From a virus, in the IMG/VR virus record IMGVR_UViG_3300033512_000452, positions 1 through 64,000 of that record: 64,000 bases of DNA; one strand, written 5' to 3'. Each line of letters starts with the position of its first letter. The first letter of the stretch is position 1. A model generated the notes under the pieces. It was not told the DNA's origin. It was given only the letters and a program-made list of their open reading frames with translations, and did no database searches. The position numbers were made by a program, and so were the translations under genes. Below, one piece after another: positions 6,185-14,647 of this stretch.

Positions 6185-6278
6185 CAACAAGGATAACAAC
6201 ATGCTCCCAGGAGTATGATCCGTTAGCGGATTACCGAAGCCCATCCTTGCAGTAAAAAGCCCCTAGTGGGGCTTTTTT
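6185..6278 (+). ncRNA. candidate small RNA bounded by its own promoter and terminator
   Basis: No ORF longer than 5 codons. Long-range stem CAAGGAT (6190-6196) pairs with ATCCTTG (6242-6248). Inner hairpin ATCCG-TTAG-CGGAT. Terminator at 6255-6277. Confidence 0.5.
6255..6277. terminator. bidirectional rho-independent terminator
   Basis: AAAAAGCCCC-TAGT-GGGGCTTTTTT. Confidence 0.85.
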
Positions 6279-6302
6279 GTTTTACTTTTGCTAAACCGAG
6301 AC

Positions 6303-6640
6303 TCAGCTAACATCGCGCCTTTTATCAAGAATGAATTGGAGTTCATTGGCTACAATAAGTTGTAATTTGGTTGTAAGAGGCGCATGACGCAGGACTTTAA
6401 TAATCTCCTCGATAATAAGTCTTTCGCTTTCCTGCTCGATGAGATGTTGCTTTAAATAGACCGTTCTATCCAGGTCCTCTTGATACATATCCTTTAAAGC
6501 ATTCCGGCCATTAAAAGGTTGTAAGGGTGTCCCGTACTCTTTGACTCCCCGATCGTTCCGTTCTTGCATGTCCATCATCACTTGGGCCCACACTGGTTTT
6601 TCTTCGTTAACTATTGGGTTGGGTTCTTTGTCGATATCCA
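6303..6640 (-). CDS. hypothetical protein; possibly an all-alpha NTP pyrophosphohydrolase-like fold
   Basis: Start moved to the ATG at 6640 (MDIDKEP...), after AGAGGAGAAAUA. The segment KEYGTPLQPFNGRNALKDMYQEDLDRTVYL is vaguely MazG/dimeric-dUTPase-like; the functional call is weak. Confidence 0.6.
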
Positions 6641-6659
6641 TTATTTCTCCTCTATTGCG

Positions 6660-6675
6660 TTTCCGGCGCCGGAAA
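6660..6675. repeat. exact copy of the 16-bp palindrome
   Basis: 20 nt upstream of the ATG at 6640, abutting its RBS. Confidence 0.95.
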
Positions 6676-6676
6676 T

Positions 6677-6707
6677 AAAAAACACTCACAATAAGTGAGT
6701 GTTTTTT
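6677..6707. terminator. bidirectional terminator-like hairpin
   Basis: AAAAAACACTCAC-AATAA-GTGAGTGTTTTTT. Confidence 0.7.
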
Positions 6708-6766
6708 ACTGGAAGGAACTTAACTTGTTACAATTGTACCACAATTATAGTTTTTGTCAACAAAAG

Positions 6767-6792
6767 AAAAAGTCACCAGAAGGTGACTTTTT
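6767..6792. terminator. bidirectional terminator-like hairpin
   Basis: AAAAAGTCACC-AGAA-GGTGACTTTTT. Confidence 0.75.
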
Positions 6793-6853
6793 CCCAAAGA
6801 GGAAATCCAACAAATAGATCCGATTACTGAAGCAAATTAATTGTATCATATTC

Positions 6854-6882
6854 GGGACAAATATGCAATAGTGTGGTACAAT
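6854..6882 (+). promoter_or_regulatory. extended -10 promoter candidate (GGGACA-17 bp-TGG-TACAAT)
   Basis: TACAAT at 6877-6882 and -35-like GGGACA at 6854-6859. Confidence 0.55.
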
Positions 6883-6917
6883 ATTATCTATCAACTAATT
6901 CATACTGGAGGTATAAC

Positions 6918-7298
6918 ATGATTACTACAACCGGATCTTTGGAAGAGATTATGAGCCAGTTACTCTTGCTGGTTCTGGCTGCTTTGGCCGCTGGGCTTTT
7001 GCGCCTGTTTAAAATCGGCCTAGACAAAGGGATCGCCTATATGGAAGCCAACATGGGCAAATCTCAATTGGATATGGTTTACACTTACGCCGGTGCTGTC
7101 GTGAATGCTCTTGAGCAGACTGATACACTGACTAAGTTGGATGCCAAAGGAAAGAAAGAGCAGGCGATTGCGCAGATCGCTTCGTATGCGCTCAAGCTCG
7201 GGATCGTATTAGATAAAAAAGAAATGGACAACATTATCGAATCTGCTGTATTGAAAATGAAAACAGCGATCTCCGAGAAACTCCCGGCAAAGAAATGA
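6918..7298 (+). CDS. holin, LL-H (Holin_LLH)-like
   Basis: ATG at 6918 after GGAGGT. One N-terminal transmembrane segment (LLLLVLAALAAGLL) followed by a long charged helical tail, as in LL-H type holins. Confidence 0.6.
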   Translation: MITTTGSLEEIMSQLLLLVLAALAAGLLRLFKIGLDKGIAYMEANMGKSQLDMVYTYAGAVVNALEQTDTLTKLDAKGKKEQAIAQIASYALKLGIVLDKKEMDNIIESAVLKMKTAISEKLPAKK

Positions 7299-7534
7299 GC
7301 GACGAAATCGACCCGAATGTTCAACGAAACTTCGAGCAGGCTTTTCAGCACATGAAAAATGGCGGGCTTGCGCGGCTTCCTTATTGGTCGCCTGAGGTTA
7401 ATATCAAGATCCAAGTCCCGGATCGTAACTCAAAAATGACTCATCCATATTTGTATGTCAACTCCAAATACGGGCTTGTACCGTGGACGCCAACGCAAGT
7501 TGAGTTATTCAGTGAACAGTGGGTCTTGATTTAA
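7295..7534 (+). CDS. DUF2829 family protein (Tad2-like fold candidate)
   Basis: FEQAFQHMKNGGLARLPYW...PYLYVNSKYGLVPWTPTQVELFSEQWVLI fits the DUF2829 pattern (A..G....R..W ... P.l......G...PW.....dL.a.DW.i). Confidence 0.65.
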   Translation: MSDEIDPNVQRNFEQAFQHMKNGGLARLPYWSPEVNIKIQVPDRNSKMTHPYLYVNSKYGLVPWTPTQVELFSEQWVLI

Positions 7535-7538
7535 GTAA

Positions 7539-7610
7539 GCCAGGCTAGTTTAGTTGGGAAAACAACAGTCCTGTAAATTGTGGTCGCCGGTTCGAGTCCG
7601 GCGCTTGGCT
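7539..7610 (+). tRNA. tRNA, anticodon TGT (Thr) with unusual C at position 33
   Basis: Manual fold. Acceptor GCCAGGC/GCTTGGC (one G-U pair); D-arm GTTT-AGTTGGGA-AAAC; anticodon arm ACAGT-CCTGTAA-ATTGT; T-arm GCCGG-TTCGAGT-CCGGC; discriminator T. No encoded CCA. Confidence 0.65.
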
Positions 7611-7627
7611 TTTAAAAAGAGGGAAAT

Positions 7628-7939
7628 ATGAAACTTGGAATAAAAGATAAAAACATTATTGATTATGTCCGAGAGGACAGGGATGGATTTATCTGTCTCT
7701 ATGGCCTGGTTCACAAAGACGGATGTAATGGCGGATCAGAAGTGCATCATATTATCAAACGGAGCGCTTTACGCCTCGATGTAGAAATGAACCTGATAAA
7801 CCTGTGTACAAAACATCATCAAATGGCAGAGAATCAAAAAATTAGCCAGGAAGAACTTTTTGAGATTTTAGAGGATTTCTATAAATATGACTACGCTGAA
7901 TTCAGAACCCAATATTCCGCCTTTATTCTCAATCGATAA
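7628..7939 (+). CDS. HNH endonuclease (terminase-associated type)
   Basis: CNGGSEVHHIIKRS ... NLINLCTKHH fits the HNH motif. Located upstream of the terminase. Confidence 0.75.
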   Translation: MKLGIKDKNIIDYVREDRDGFICLYGLVHKDGCNGGSEVHHIIKRSALRLDVEMNLINLCTKHHQMAENQKISQEELFEILEDFYKYDYAEFRTQYSAFILNR

Positions 7940-8306
7940 AGTGCATATCGGGCCTTATGAATACGAACTTCAGTTCGTGCTAGATCTCGTCAAGGACGGA
8001 CATACGCTTTATGGGCACTACGATACTGGTGAAACGCCAGGAATTCAGGTCGACCCAAAGTATCCTCCACGACGAATTGTCGCCGCTCTTGTACATGAAA
8101 TACTTCACTGCGTATCAAACGAGTTTGCAATTAACTTGAACGAGCGCCAGGTTACGGTTATGGCAACTGCTTTAGTAGATACCTATGTGCGAAACCAAAA
8201 CCTATTCGATGAAATGAGAAGTTTCTTGCTCAACCCCCCTGTTAATCTTAAGGAAATTGTATATAATAATTTCACTCAAAATTTACGGGAGGCTGAAAAT
8301 GACTGA
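7887..8306 (+). CDS. putative zinc metallopeptidase (HExxH)
   Basis: ALVHEILHC motif. Start uncertain because the ORF overlaps the HNH gene by 53 nt. Confidence 0.5.
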   Translation: MTTLNSEPNIPPLFSIDKVHIGPYEYELQFVLDLVKDGHTLYGHYDTGETPGIQVDPKYPPRRIVAALVHEILHCVSNEFAINLNERQVTVMATALVDTYVRNQNLFDEMRSFLLNPPVNLKEIVYNNFTQNLREAEND

Positions 8307-9333
8307 TGTTGATTTATCAAAAACGACCCACGGAGAAGAGGAAGCGTTTCTCTTATTTAAACACAAATTCGAACTACTCTCGCCTCCTCCTAAAATACCG
8401 GTTGTCTCTGGCGGCTTGGGTACTCAGTTCTGGATTTACTTTATTGTATCTATGGCGCAGGTTGTTTTGGCAGCGCTGCGCACGGCGGATCAGTTTTATA
8501 AAGCTGCGTTTCTTTCTGGTAATGGAGATATGTTCGCAAAATTTGAAGCAATTATTTCTTTGGTCGCTATCGAAGGCGGCTTGGTCGTTCTTGCTACGCT
8601 TCGCGCTGCAAACAAAAAGCATTACTCAGAGAGATCCAGTGTTATCGGTATGGTTATGATGGCTGCCATCTCAACCCTTGCTGGGTTAGGGCAAAGCATT
8701 AACCTTGTTGAGAATGTTAATCCAGACATCCTGCTTTACCTCCAGTATGTCTTAGCGATCGTGTTAGGTGTCGGCGTGACGATCATAGCGCTGATTGGCG
8801 GAGATGTTTTGGGTGGATTGATTGTAAAGACATCTGAGCGAATCGAAGGCGCAGAAGATAAATACACAGATGACCTTCGTAAATATAACGACGGATTACT
8901 TTCAGCTTGGAATAAATCGGCGGAGCGAAAAATATCCCGCGGAGAGATTACTGGCGCCAGTAGTTCGTTCTCCCGAACGAACGAGCGAACGTCGAATTTG
9001 ATTAACGCCGGGCAATCCGAAAAAAAGGACCGCGTATTAAAGTACGTCGATGAAGTATCAGCCAAAGAAGGTAGAGTTCCTGGCCCAAGCGAAATTTCAA
9101 GGGAAGTCGGTGTAGCGAAATCTTACGCTCACTCGATAATTAGCCATGTTAACAATAACGGCCGCAACAAGGTGACTGTGCCTGATGTTAGAGATATGAC
9201 CCACGAGGAGCGCATGGATATTGCTAAATTGTCTGTGGAGGAAACGATGTCTACGTTTCATGTAACTCAAATCACTGCTGAGAATTGGCGCAAATGGCTT
9301 TACGATAATGGGTATTCAATAAAGTTTTTATAG
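8299..9333 (+). CDS. polytopic membrane protein with C-terminal helix-turn-helix-like region
   Basis: ATG at 8299 after GGGAGG. About four hydrophobic segments, then a charged linker and the HTH-like stretch GPSEISREVGVAKSYAHSIISHV. Confidence 0.6.
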   Translation: MTDVDLSKTTHGEEEAFLLFKHKFELLSPPPKIPVVSGGLGTQFWIYFIVSMAQVVLAALRTADQFYKAAFLSGNGDMFAKFEAIISLVAIEGGLVVLATLRAANKKHYSERSSVIGMVMMAAISTLAGLGQSINLVENVNPDILLYLQYVLAIVLGVGVTIIALIGGDVLGGLIVKTSERIEGAEDKYTDDLRKYNDGLLSAWNKSAERKISRGEITGASSSFSRTNERTSNLINAGQSEKKDRVLKYVDEVSAKEGRVPGPSEISREVGVAKSYAHSIISHVNNNGRNKVTVPDVRDMTHEERMDIAKLSVEETMSTFHVTQITAENWRKWLYDNGYSIKFL

Positions 9334-9344
9334 GAGATTTCTTT

Positions 9345-9620
9345 ATGAAAAAGGTTTACTATGACGTTTCGAATTTATCTGTAGATACAAGCAAGTTTAA
9401 ATTGTTTGCTCCAACTGATACAGTGACAAGCGATTACATCGAATACAATCTAGATGATCTGTGGATCGACCCTGCGACTGATCTTGTAAATGCAAAAGTA
9501 AGCAATGTCGGCGGGGAAGTTTCTGAAAAGATTCCCACAGCGCCAACAGCTGGAGATAAAGTTGCCTTGTTTAACCTCACCAGATATGATGATGCTTGGT
9601 GGGGAGCGTTTGGTGGGTGA
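9345..9620 (+). CDS. hypothetical protein
   Basis: ORF track entry; AGGAG upstream. Confidence 0.6.
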   Translation: MKKVYYDVSNLSVDTSKFKLFAPTDTVTSDYIEYNLDDLWIDPATDLVNAKVSNVGGEVSEKIPTAPTAGDKVALFNLTRYDDAWWGAFGG

Positions 9621-9683
9621 GTTTATTGTTGATCTTACGGTATCTATAGGTAATCTTGATTTAAGCCGAGACTTGGAGTAATT

Positions 9684-9887
9684 ATGGTCTATACATATAC
9701 GACCCGCAAAGAAGTAACTGATGTTTACGACCACGTAATATCTGATCTGGCTAATCGCGCAGAAGGGAATATTTGCTCCAGGATGGTTGGGGTTAATAAA
9801 CTATGGGACGCGTATGAAGCAGCTCTGGATATCGCCGTGTGGTTGCGTAAAACAATCCTAGAGGGGGATCATGGGAATTCTGAATGA
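9684..9887 (+). CDS. hypothetical protein (small terminase role not demonstrable)
   Basis: ORF track entry, immediately upstream of and overlapping terL. Confidence 0.55.
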   Translation: MVYTYTTRKEVTDVYDHVISDLANRAEGNICSRMVGVNKLWDAYEAALDIAVWLRKTILEGDHGNSE

Positions 9888-11406
9888 AGCAGACATGTCT
9901 ATTCTACCTATGATTAATAAGGGAAGATTAGATATTGCGACCTCTTGGTATCTTCAGGGATTTGAACCGCTTTGGTATCAGTTCGCCTGGCATTACGCTC
10001 CTCAAAAAGCGACCTCATTCATCGCCGGAATCGCGGCAGGGAAAACAGCAACCTCAGCGGCGTCAGTGCTGATGCAGTGTTTAGCTATCCCTTATTACCG
10101 CGCCCTCCACACGAGCGTTACAGCAAAACAAGCAGAGTTGGCGTTTGATATGGCAAATGGCTGGATTGAAGATAATCCAAGACTTGTTCATTTGATTAAA
10201 AATATCTCTCTTCGCCCTTACCCTGTTATAGAGTTTCAGAATTATGCGCAGTGGGATTTTCGTACAGCTGGAATTGACGCCAGGTACATCAGGGGGTCCG
10301 AATACGATCGGATCGTTATGGATGAAGCGGGGCTTGACCCTCACGGAGAAGTGATTAAAGTCCTCCGTGGTCGTTTGCGTGGAACTCGTCCATACTCCCC
10401 CACCGGATCCGCCAGAGTCCCGAGGGAAGCGCGGTTGGATGTTATTACGTCCCCAACAGATGCTCCATGGCTGAGTGAGCGGTTTTACAAGGGATGGAAA
10501 GATAATTCCCAAGCCGAATTAGATAAATACTTCTCTATTAGAGCAACGACTTACGACAACACCTACCTTCTACCAGAACAAATCGCCATGATGGAATCTG
10601 AATTAACAGAGGAAGACGTGGCTGTTGAAATGATGGGGGAATTCCCTGATTACGGCATGTCTTTCTTTCCGAAACGTCACTTGGATGCTATCACAGATAC
10701 TGGCAGATACCTTTACGACGAGGTTTATAATGCTGTCAATCCCGAGTCTGGCGCGTCAAAACCAAACTACGATATCACAGAACACCCGCGACATGGGATC
10801 ACTCGTTACGAAAAACCATTCGACCCGAACGCCTATTACATTATGGCTGGCGATCCTGGGCAAGATGATCCACCAAAACGTAATGCTGGTGTGATTTTTG
10901 TGGCCGACATAGCCAAAAAACCATTTGAGATCGTATTCTTCCATTGGGTTTCCGGGCACGGCAAGTACGACCCTTTCCTCACGTCTTATAAATATGCCAT
11001 TGAGAAATATAACCCGAAGTACCGCGGGATTGACTCCACTGCCGGACAAAAAGGTATCCAAGAGCTTGCTTTTGAAAGAAATGACATCGAGACGGACGGA
11101 ATTAGTTTTGGTGGAAAGAAAGACGCCATGCTTAACAGTCTGTCTTTGCTTGTCTCGAATCAAGAAATTGTTTGGCCGCCAATTAAAGGCTTAATAAAAC
11201 AGATGTCTGTGTACACCAAACAAGACGACAGTAAACTAGCTCAAGATATCGTTATGACACTGGCTATGCTTGCATCATTTTGCAGGTATTCTCCAGTAGC
11301 TAACTTCAACAAAGAGCGAGAAGAAATATCTTTTGCTATAGCCCAGAGAATCAGCAGGCGCAATAGGACGTCAAGATTGTCATCGAATAGGAGATTTAAA
11401 CGTTGA
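9871..11406 (+). CDS. terL: terminase large subunit
   Basis: Walker A AGIAAGKT, Walker B RIVMDEAG, C-terminal acidic nuclease-like motifs (GDPGQDD, IDSTAGQKG). Size and position fit. Confidence 0.85.
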   Translation: MGILNEADMSILPMINKGRLDIATSWYLQGFEPLWYQFAWHYAPQKATSFIAGIAAGKTATSAASVLMQCLAIPYYRALHTSVTAKQAELAFDMANGWIEDNPRLVHLIKNISLRPYPVIEFQNYAQWDFRTAGIDARYIRGSEYDRIVMDEAGLDPHGEVIKVLRGRLRGTRPYSPTGSARVPREARLDVITSPTDAPWLSERFYKGWKDNSQAELDKYFSIRATTYDNTYLLPEQIAMMESELTEEDVAVEMMGEFPDYGMSFFPKRHLDAITDTGRYLYDEVYNAVNPESGASKPNYDITEHPRHGITRYEKPFDPNAYYIMAGDPGQDDPPKRNAGVIFVADIAKKPFEIVFFHWVSGHGKYDPFLTSYKYAIEKYNPKYRGIDSTAGQKGIQELAFERNDIETDGISFGGKKDAMLNSLSLLVSNQEIVWPPIKGLIKQMSVYTKQDDSKLAQDIVMTLAMLASFCRYSPVANFNKEREEISFAIAQRISRRNRTSRLSSNRRFKR

Positions 11407-12110
11407 AACTTTTTCACCCAATACAAAAACCCAACATTACCCAATTATTTGGCGAGAACAGAGAATATTACAGTGATCTTTCTCAACACCCCGGGTGGAG
11501 TTTTCCGGGGCATAATGGGTTGGATTACGCCGCTTTTGTCGGCCAGCCTGTTTTTGCCGCAGCAGATGGTATCGCTCACGCCGCGTTTGAGAATGATGGA
11601 TTTGGTAATTATGTTTGGATTCAACACACTGGAACACTCCAAACGTTTTACGGACATCTAATTTACGCAGACATATACAACAATGGGCGTGTTGCTGCTG
11701 GTGATTTAATTGGTTACGCCGGATCAACTGGATGCTCAACTGGACCGCACCTTCATTTCGGATTAAAAGATACATCAAAAAGGAATAATGCGATGAAGGG
11801 CTGGGTTGACCCTATACAATTCTTGCCGAATACCGAAGTGAACAATGATGTTACCGCTCCTATTGTATTGGATCCAATCAGCTACACTTCGAAGGCGGTT
11901 CTTACGGCGTCAATCTTAACACTCAGGTTAGGCAGCAACGTTGAAGCGAAAGAAGTCGGCAAGATTTACGCTGGGATTAAATTGAACATAACAAGCCACA
12001 TCGATATCAGCGACAGAGAATCCTGGGTAAAAACAGACATTGAACACGTCAACGGGAGCGTCTGGTGCGCAGCAAGACATGACGGGTTCGATTACCTCTC
12101 TTTTATTTAA
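11403..12110 (+). CDS. M23 (LytM-type) peptidase with C-terminal SH3-like domain; lysin candidate
   Basis: HNGLDY (HxxxD), GSTGCSTGPHLHF (HxH), and a C-terminal beta-rich segment. TTG start. Confidence 0.8.
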   Translation: MKLFHPIQKPNITQLFGENREYYSDLSQHPGWSFPGHNGLDYAAFVGQPVFAAADGIAHAAFENDGFGNYVWIQHTGTLQTFYGHLIYADIYNNGRVAAGDLIGYAGSTGCSTGPHLHFGLKDTSKRNNAMKGWVDPIQFLPNTEVNNDVTAPIVLDPISYTSKAVLTASILTLRLGSNVEAKEVGKIYAGIKLNITSHIDISDRESWVKTDIEHVNGSVWCAARHDGFDYLSFI

Positions 12111-12175
12111 ACACAGTGTAACAACGTTAAAACAAAAGTAACATTTCATTGACATTTTCAGGAAATTATGTTAGT

Positions 12176-12442
12176 ATGATTAAAATAAGCAAATCCGAAC
12201 ACGAAATACTGGAAACGATTAAGCAGTCGAGGTTTGGCGTATTAAAGGATATCGAACTTCTTGAAGAGGAGGCGGTCATTTCAATCGCATCCTCACTGGT
12301 AGTTGAAAAATTTATAACTCTTCTGCGGGAATACTCTTTCGTTGATGCAATTCGTTACCATGACGGAAATCCGAAAACGATAGAGGTGAGGGAGTCTAAA
12401 GCTCACTTCACAAATATTATTTATGTTCGTGTGGATGTTTAA
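12176..12442 (+). CDS. hypothetical protein
   Basis: In-frame ATG at 12176. The track start, TTG at 12149, coincides with a TTGACA box. Confidence 0.5.
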   Translation: MIKISKSEHEILETIKQSRFGVLKDIELLEEEAVISIASSLVVEKFITLLREYSFVDAIRYHDGNPKTIEVRESKAHFTNIIYVRVDV

Positions 12443-12461
12443 CAATCTTTTTCTACCGTAC

Positions 12462-12495
12462 AAGACGATGAAAGGCATTCATCGTCTTTTTTTTT
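12462..12495 (+). terminator. rho-independent terminator
   Basis: AAGACGATGA-AAGGCAT-TCATCGTCTT followed by a T-run. Confidence 0.85.
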
Positions 12496-12504
12496 AAAGA
12501 GTTT

Positions 12505-14052
12505 ATGGACACTTTTAACTGGACAACACCTTCGATTAACGAACTCCCTGATTGGGCGTCTGATATCAGCCAGGTTAGCGCAGAGATGCGCAATGCTTGG
12601 TTAGCTGAAACGGCAGCCCGCACTCGGTATAACAAGTATTTTACCGGCAAGGTCTTCGAAGAGAAGGTGAATTCAAATGACCCAGAAAACGACACGCTAC
12701 TTTATCCGGTCGGGATGAATTTAGCTAAGATGATCTGTATCACCCTGGCCGATTCGATGTTTGGCGAATGGACGGAAGATATCGTAACTTTTGAGCCCAA
12801 CCAGGACCTTGAAGACATTAACACTGATGATAAAAAAGCATCAAAGTTACTGCAAAACATTATTCGATACAGCAATATCAATTCAAAGTTATGGGAAATT
12901 GAATTAGAAAGAAATATCTACGGTGGCGGGGTGCTCCAGGTATCTCCGTCATTTACAACGCCGGGACATGTCATCTGGTCGCGTGTTGATACTGGATCTT
13001 TCTTCCCCATCTGGTCCCCTGATGATCAAGACGATCTCCTTGAGGTTTACGTTGTCATCCCGATGACACGAGACCAAGCAAGATTGAAGTGGCACATCGA
13101 AACAGACAAAGATGTCATTTATCGCATTGAACACTGGACAAAGGATATCTACGAGAATCACATTAACGGAATTCGCGTTGAGGCCTACTCTGGCGTAAAT
13201 CCGTGGAGAGTTGTTCCTTTTGTTTATATTCCTCGCTTTCGCGTGCATAAATGGTGGGGTGAGAGTGCAATTGATGACGTAATCGCCACTCAAGACGAAC
13301 TCAACATGAGATTAGCTGATGTTGGTGAAGCAGTAAACTACAATACCCACCCGGTTCGCTGGGGTGTGAATCTCCCAAAATCATTCAAGCCAGAAAACTT
13401 CCCGGTCGGTCCGAACGTTTTCTGGGATCTTGGACGCGTTATTGGCGACAGTCCAAAACCTGAATTAGGAATTTTGGAAGCGAAGAACCCCACCCCACAA
13501 GGGACTTTCGATTACATCGAATTCCTCTACAACTGGTCTAGGGTGAGTGCTTTCACTCCTGCTGTTTCTTTAGGGGATGATGATGGCGGCGGACAGAGAT
13601 CTGGAATTACTCTTGAGATTCGAATGGCTCCACTAATTCGGTCTATCCGTCGAAGCCGGTCTTATCTCTCTACTGGGCTGATGAAAGCCGCTCGAATTAC
13701 GGCGGCGATTTTAGAGCAGAAAGAGTTTTCGGATACTCCGAAGCGCGCTTTGCAATCAATTATTGATGGCCGTTTAGTTCCAAAATTCGCAAACATTCTG
13801 CCACGCGATCAGGCTGCGTTAGTTGATGAAGTTACAAAGCGATTCTCCACAACACCCCCGTCGATCAGTCTGGAGACGGCAGTTAATAAGTTGGGTGATG
13901 GGACAAATGAAGTGAATAGGATTGTTGCCATGGTCGGCAATGACAAACTGTACAGAAAGGTCGAACCCGTTTCCGACGCCGGAAATCCCCCTGGTTTAGA
14001 TGGTAAGAATGGTCCGACTATTAATCAAAAAACTGATGAAGGAGAAAAGTAG
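12505..14052 (+). CDS. portal protein (by position and size)
   Basis: 515 aa, the first large ORF after terL. No diagnostic motif recognised by eye. Confidence 0.65.
   Translation: MDTFNWTTPSINELPDWASDISQVSAEMRNAWLAETAARTRYNKYFTGKVFEEKVNSNDPENDTLLYPVGMNLAKMICITLADSMFGEWTEDIVTFEPNQDLEDINTDDKKASKLLQNIIRYSNINSKLWEIELERNIYGGGVLQVSPSFTTPGHVIWSRVDTGSFFPIWSPDDQDDLLEVYVVIPMTRDQARLKWHIETDKDVIYRIEHWTKDIYENHINGIRVEAYSGVNPWRVVPFVYIPRFRVHKWWGESAIDDVIATQDELNMRLADVGEAVNYNTHPVRWGVNLPKSFKPENFPVGPNVFWDLGRVIGDSPKPELGILEAKNPTPQGTFDYIEFLYNWSRVSAFTPAVSLGDDDGGGQRSGITLEIRMAPLIRSIRRSRSYLSTGLMKAARITAAILEQKEFSDTPKRALQSIIDGRLVPKFANILPRDQAALVDEVTKRFSTTPPSISLETAVNKLGDGTNEVNRIVAMVGNDKLYRKVEPVSDAGNPPGLDGKNGPTINQKTDEGEK
13970..13985. 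repeat. one-mismatch palindrome variant TTTCCGACGCCGGAAA
   Basis: Inside the portal ORF, read as SDAGN. Identical to the variant at 45431. Confidence 0.85.
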
Positions 14053-14054
14053 AA

Positions 14055-14633
14055 ATGGCTATCGCTGAATATAGCAAGTCTCGTACTCGACAGCGTATGC
14101 GAGGCAAATATCGTTTCGATGATTTCGATATGATGATGGTAAATCGCTACAAAGTGACCGCTCCGATTGCGATCACAAACACAGGCGTTATGGCTAGTCA
14201 CCTTGCAGACGGATCTCTCATGACAACCGGCTTAAGCAAACCTGACTTTCCGCGCGCTTTGCTTGTGAAAGGTTCCGCTGCTGGCACACTCGGAGATGTG
14301 GTTATCACCGGGACGGACATCAACCGTCATCGGATTACTGAGACAATCGCAGCGAACGGAACGTCCGCTGTAAGTGGTGATAAAGCCTTTGCTACCGTTA
14401 CAAGCGTCCAGCTTCCGACTGGCACTGGCTCCATCTCGATTGGACTTTCCGATAAATTCGGTCTTCCCGAATGTATGGAAGGAAGCGCTGTACTCCGGTC
14501 TCTGGTTGACGGCGCCGTTGATTCAAGTCCTACGGTCGCGTTCGACCCGGACAATGTCAGTAAAAACACAATCATCCCCGGCACCGCCTCGGATGCAACT
14601 CGCGACTTTATTTATTACTTCATCGCGAAGTAA
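14055..14633 (+). CDS. hypothetical head-module protein
   Basis: ORF track entry; lies between portal and scaffold. Confidence 0.6.
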   Translation: MAIAEYSKSRTRQRMRGKYRFDDFDMMMVNRYKVTAPIAITNTGVMASHLADGSLMTTGLSKPDFPRALLVKGSAAGTLGDVVITGTDINRHRITETIAANGTSAVSGDKAFATVTSVQLPTGTGSISIGLSDKFGLPECMEGSAVLRSLVDGAVDSSPTVAFDPDNVSKNTIIPGTASDATRDFIYYFIAK

Positions 14634-14647
14634 TAAGGAGCAATTTT

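Noticed and set aside
6873-6917. Upstream GTG start for the holin ORF
   Set aside because: The GTG at 6873 lies inside the predicted -10/extended -10 promoter element. The ATG at 6918 has a GGAGGT RBS.
12149-12175. Promoter TTGACA-17 bp-TAGTAT upstream of 12176
   Set aside because: The -10 box would end immediately at the ATG, which is incompatible with either a normal or a leaderless start spacing. I kept it only as a note about start-codon uncertainty.
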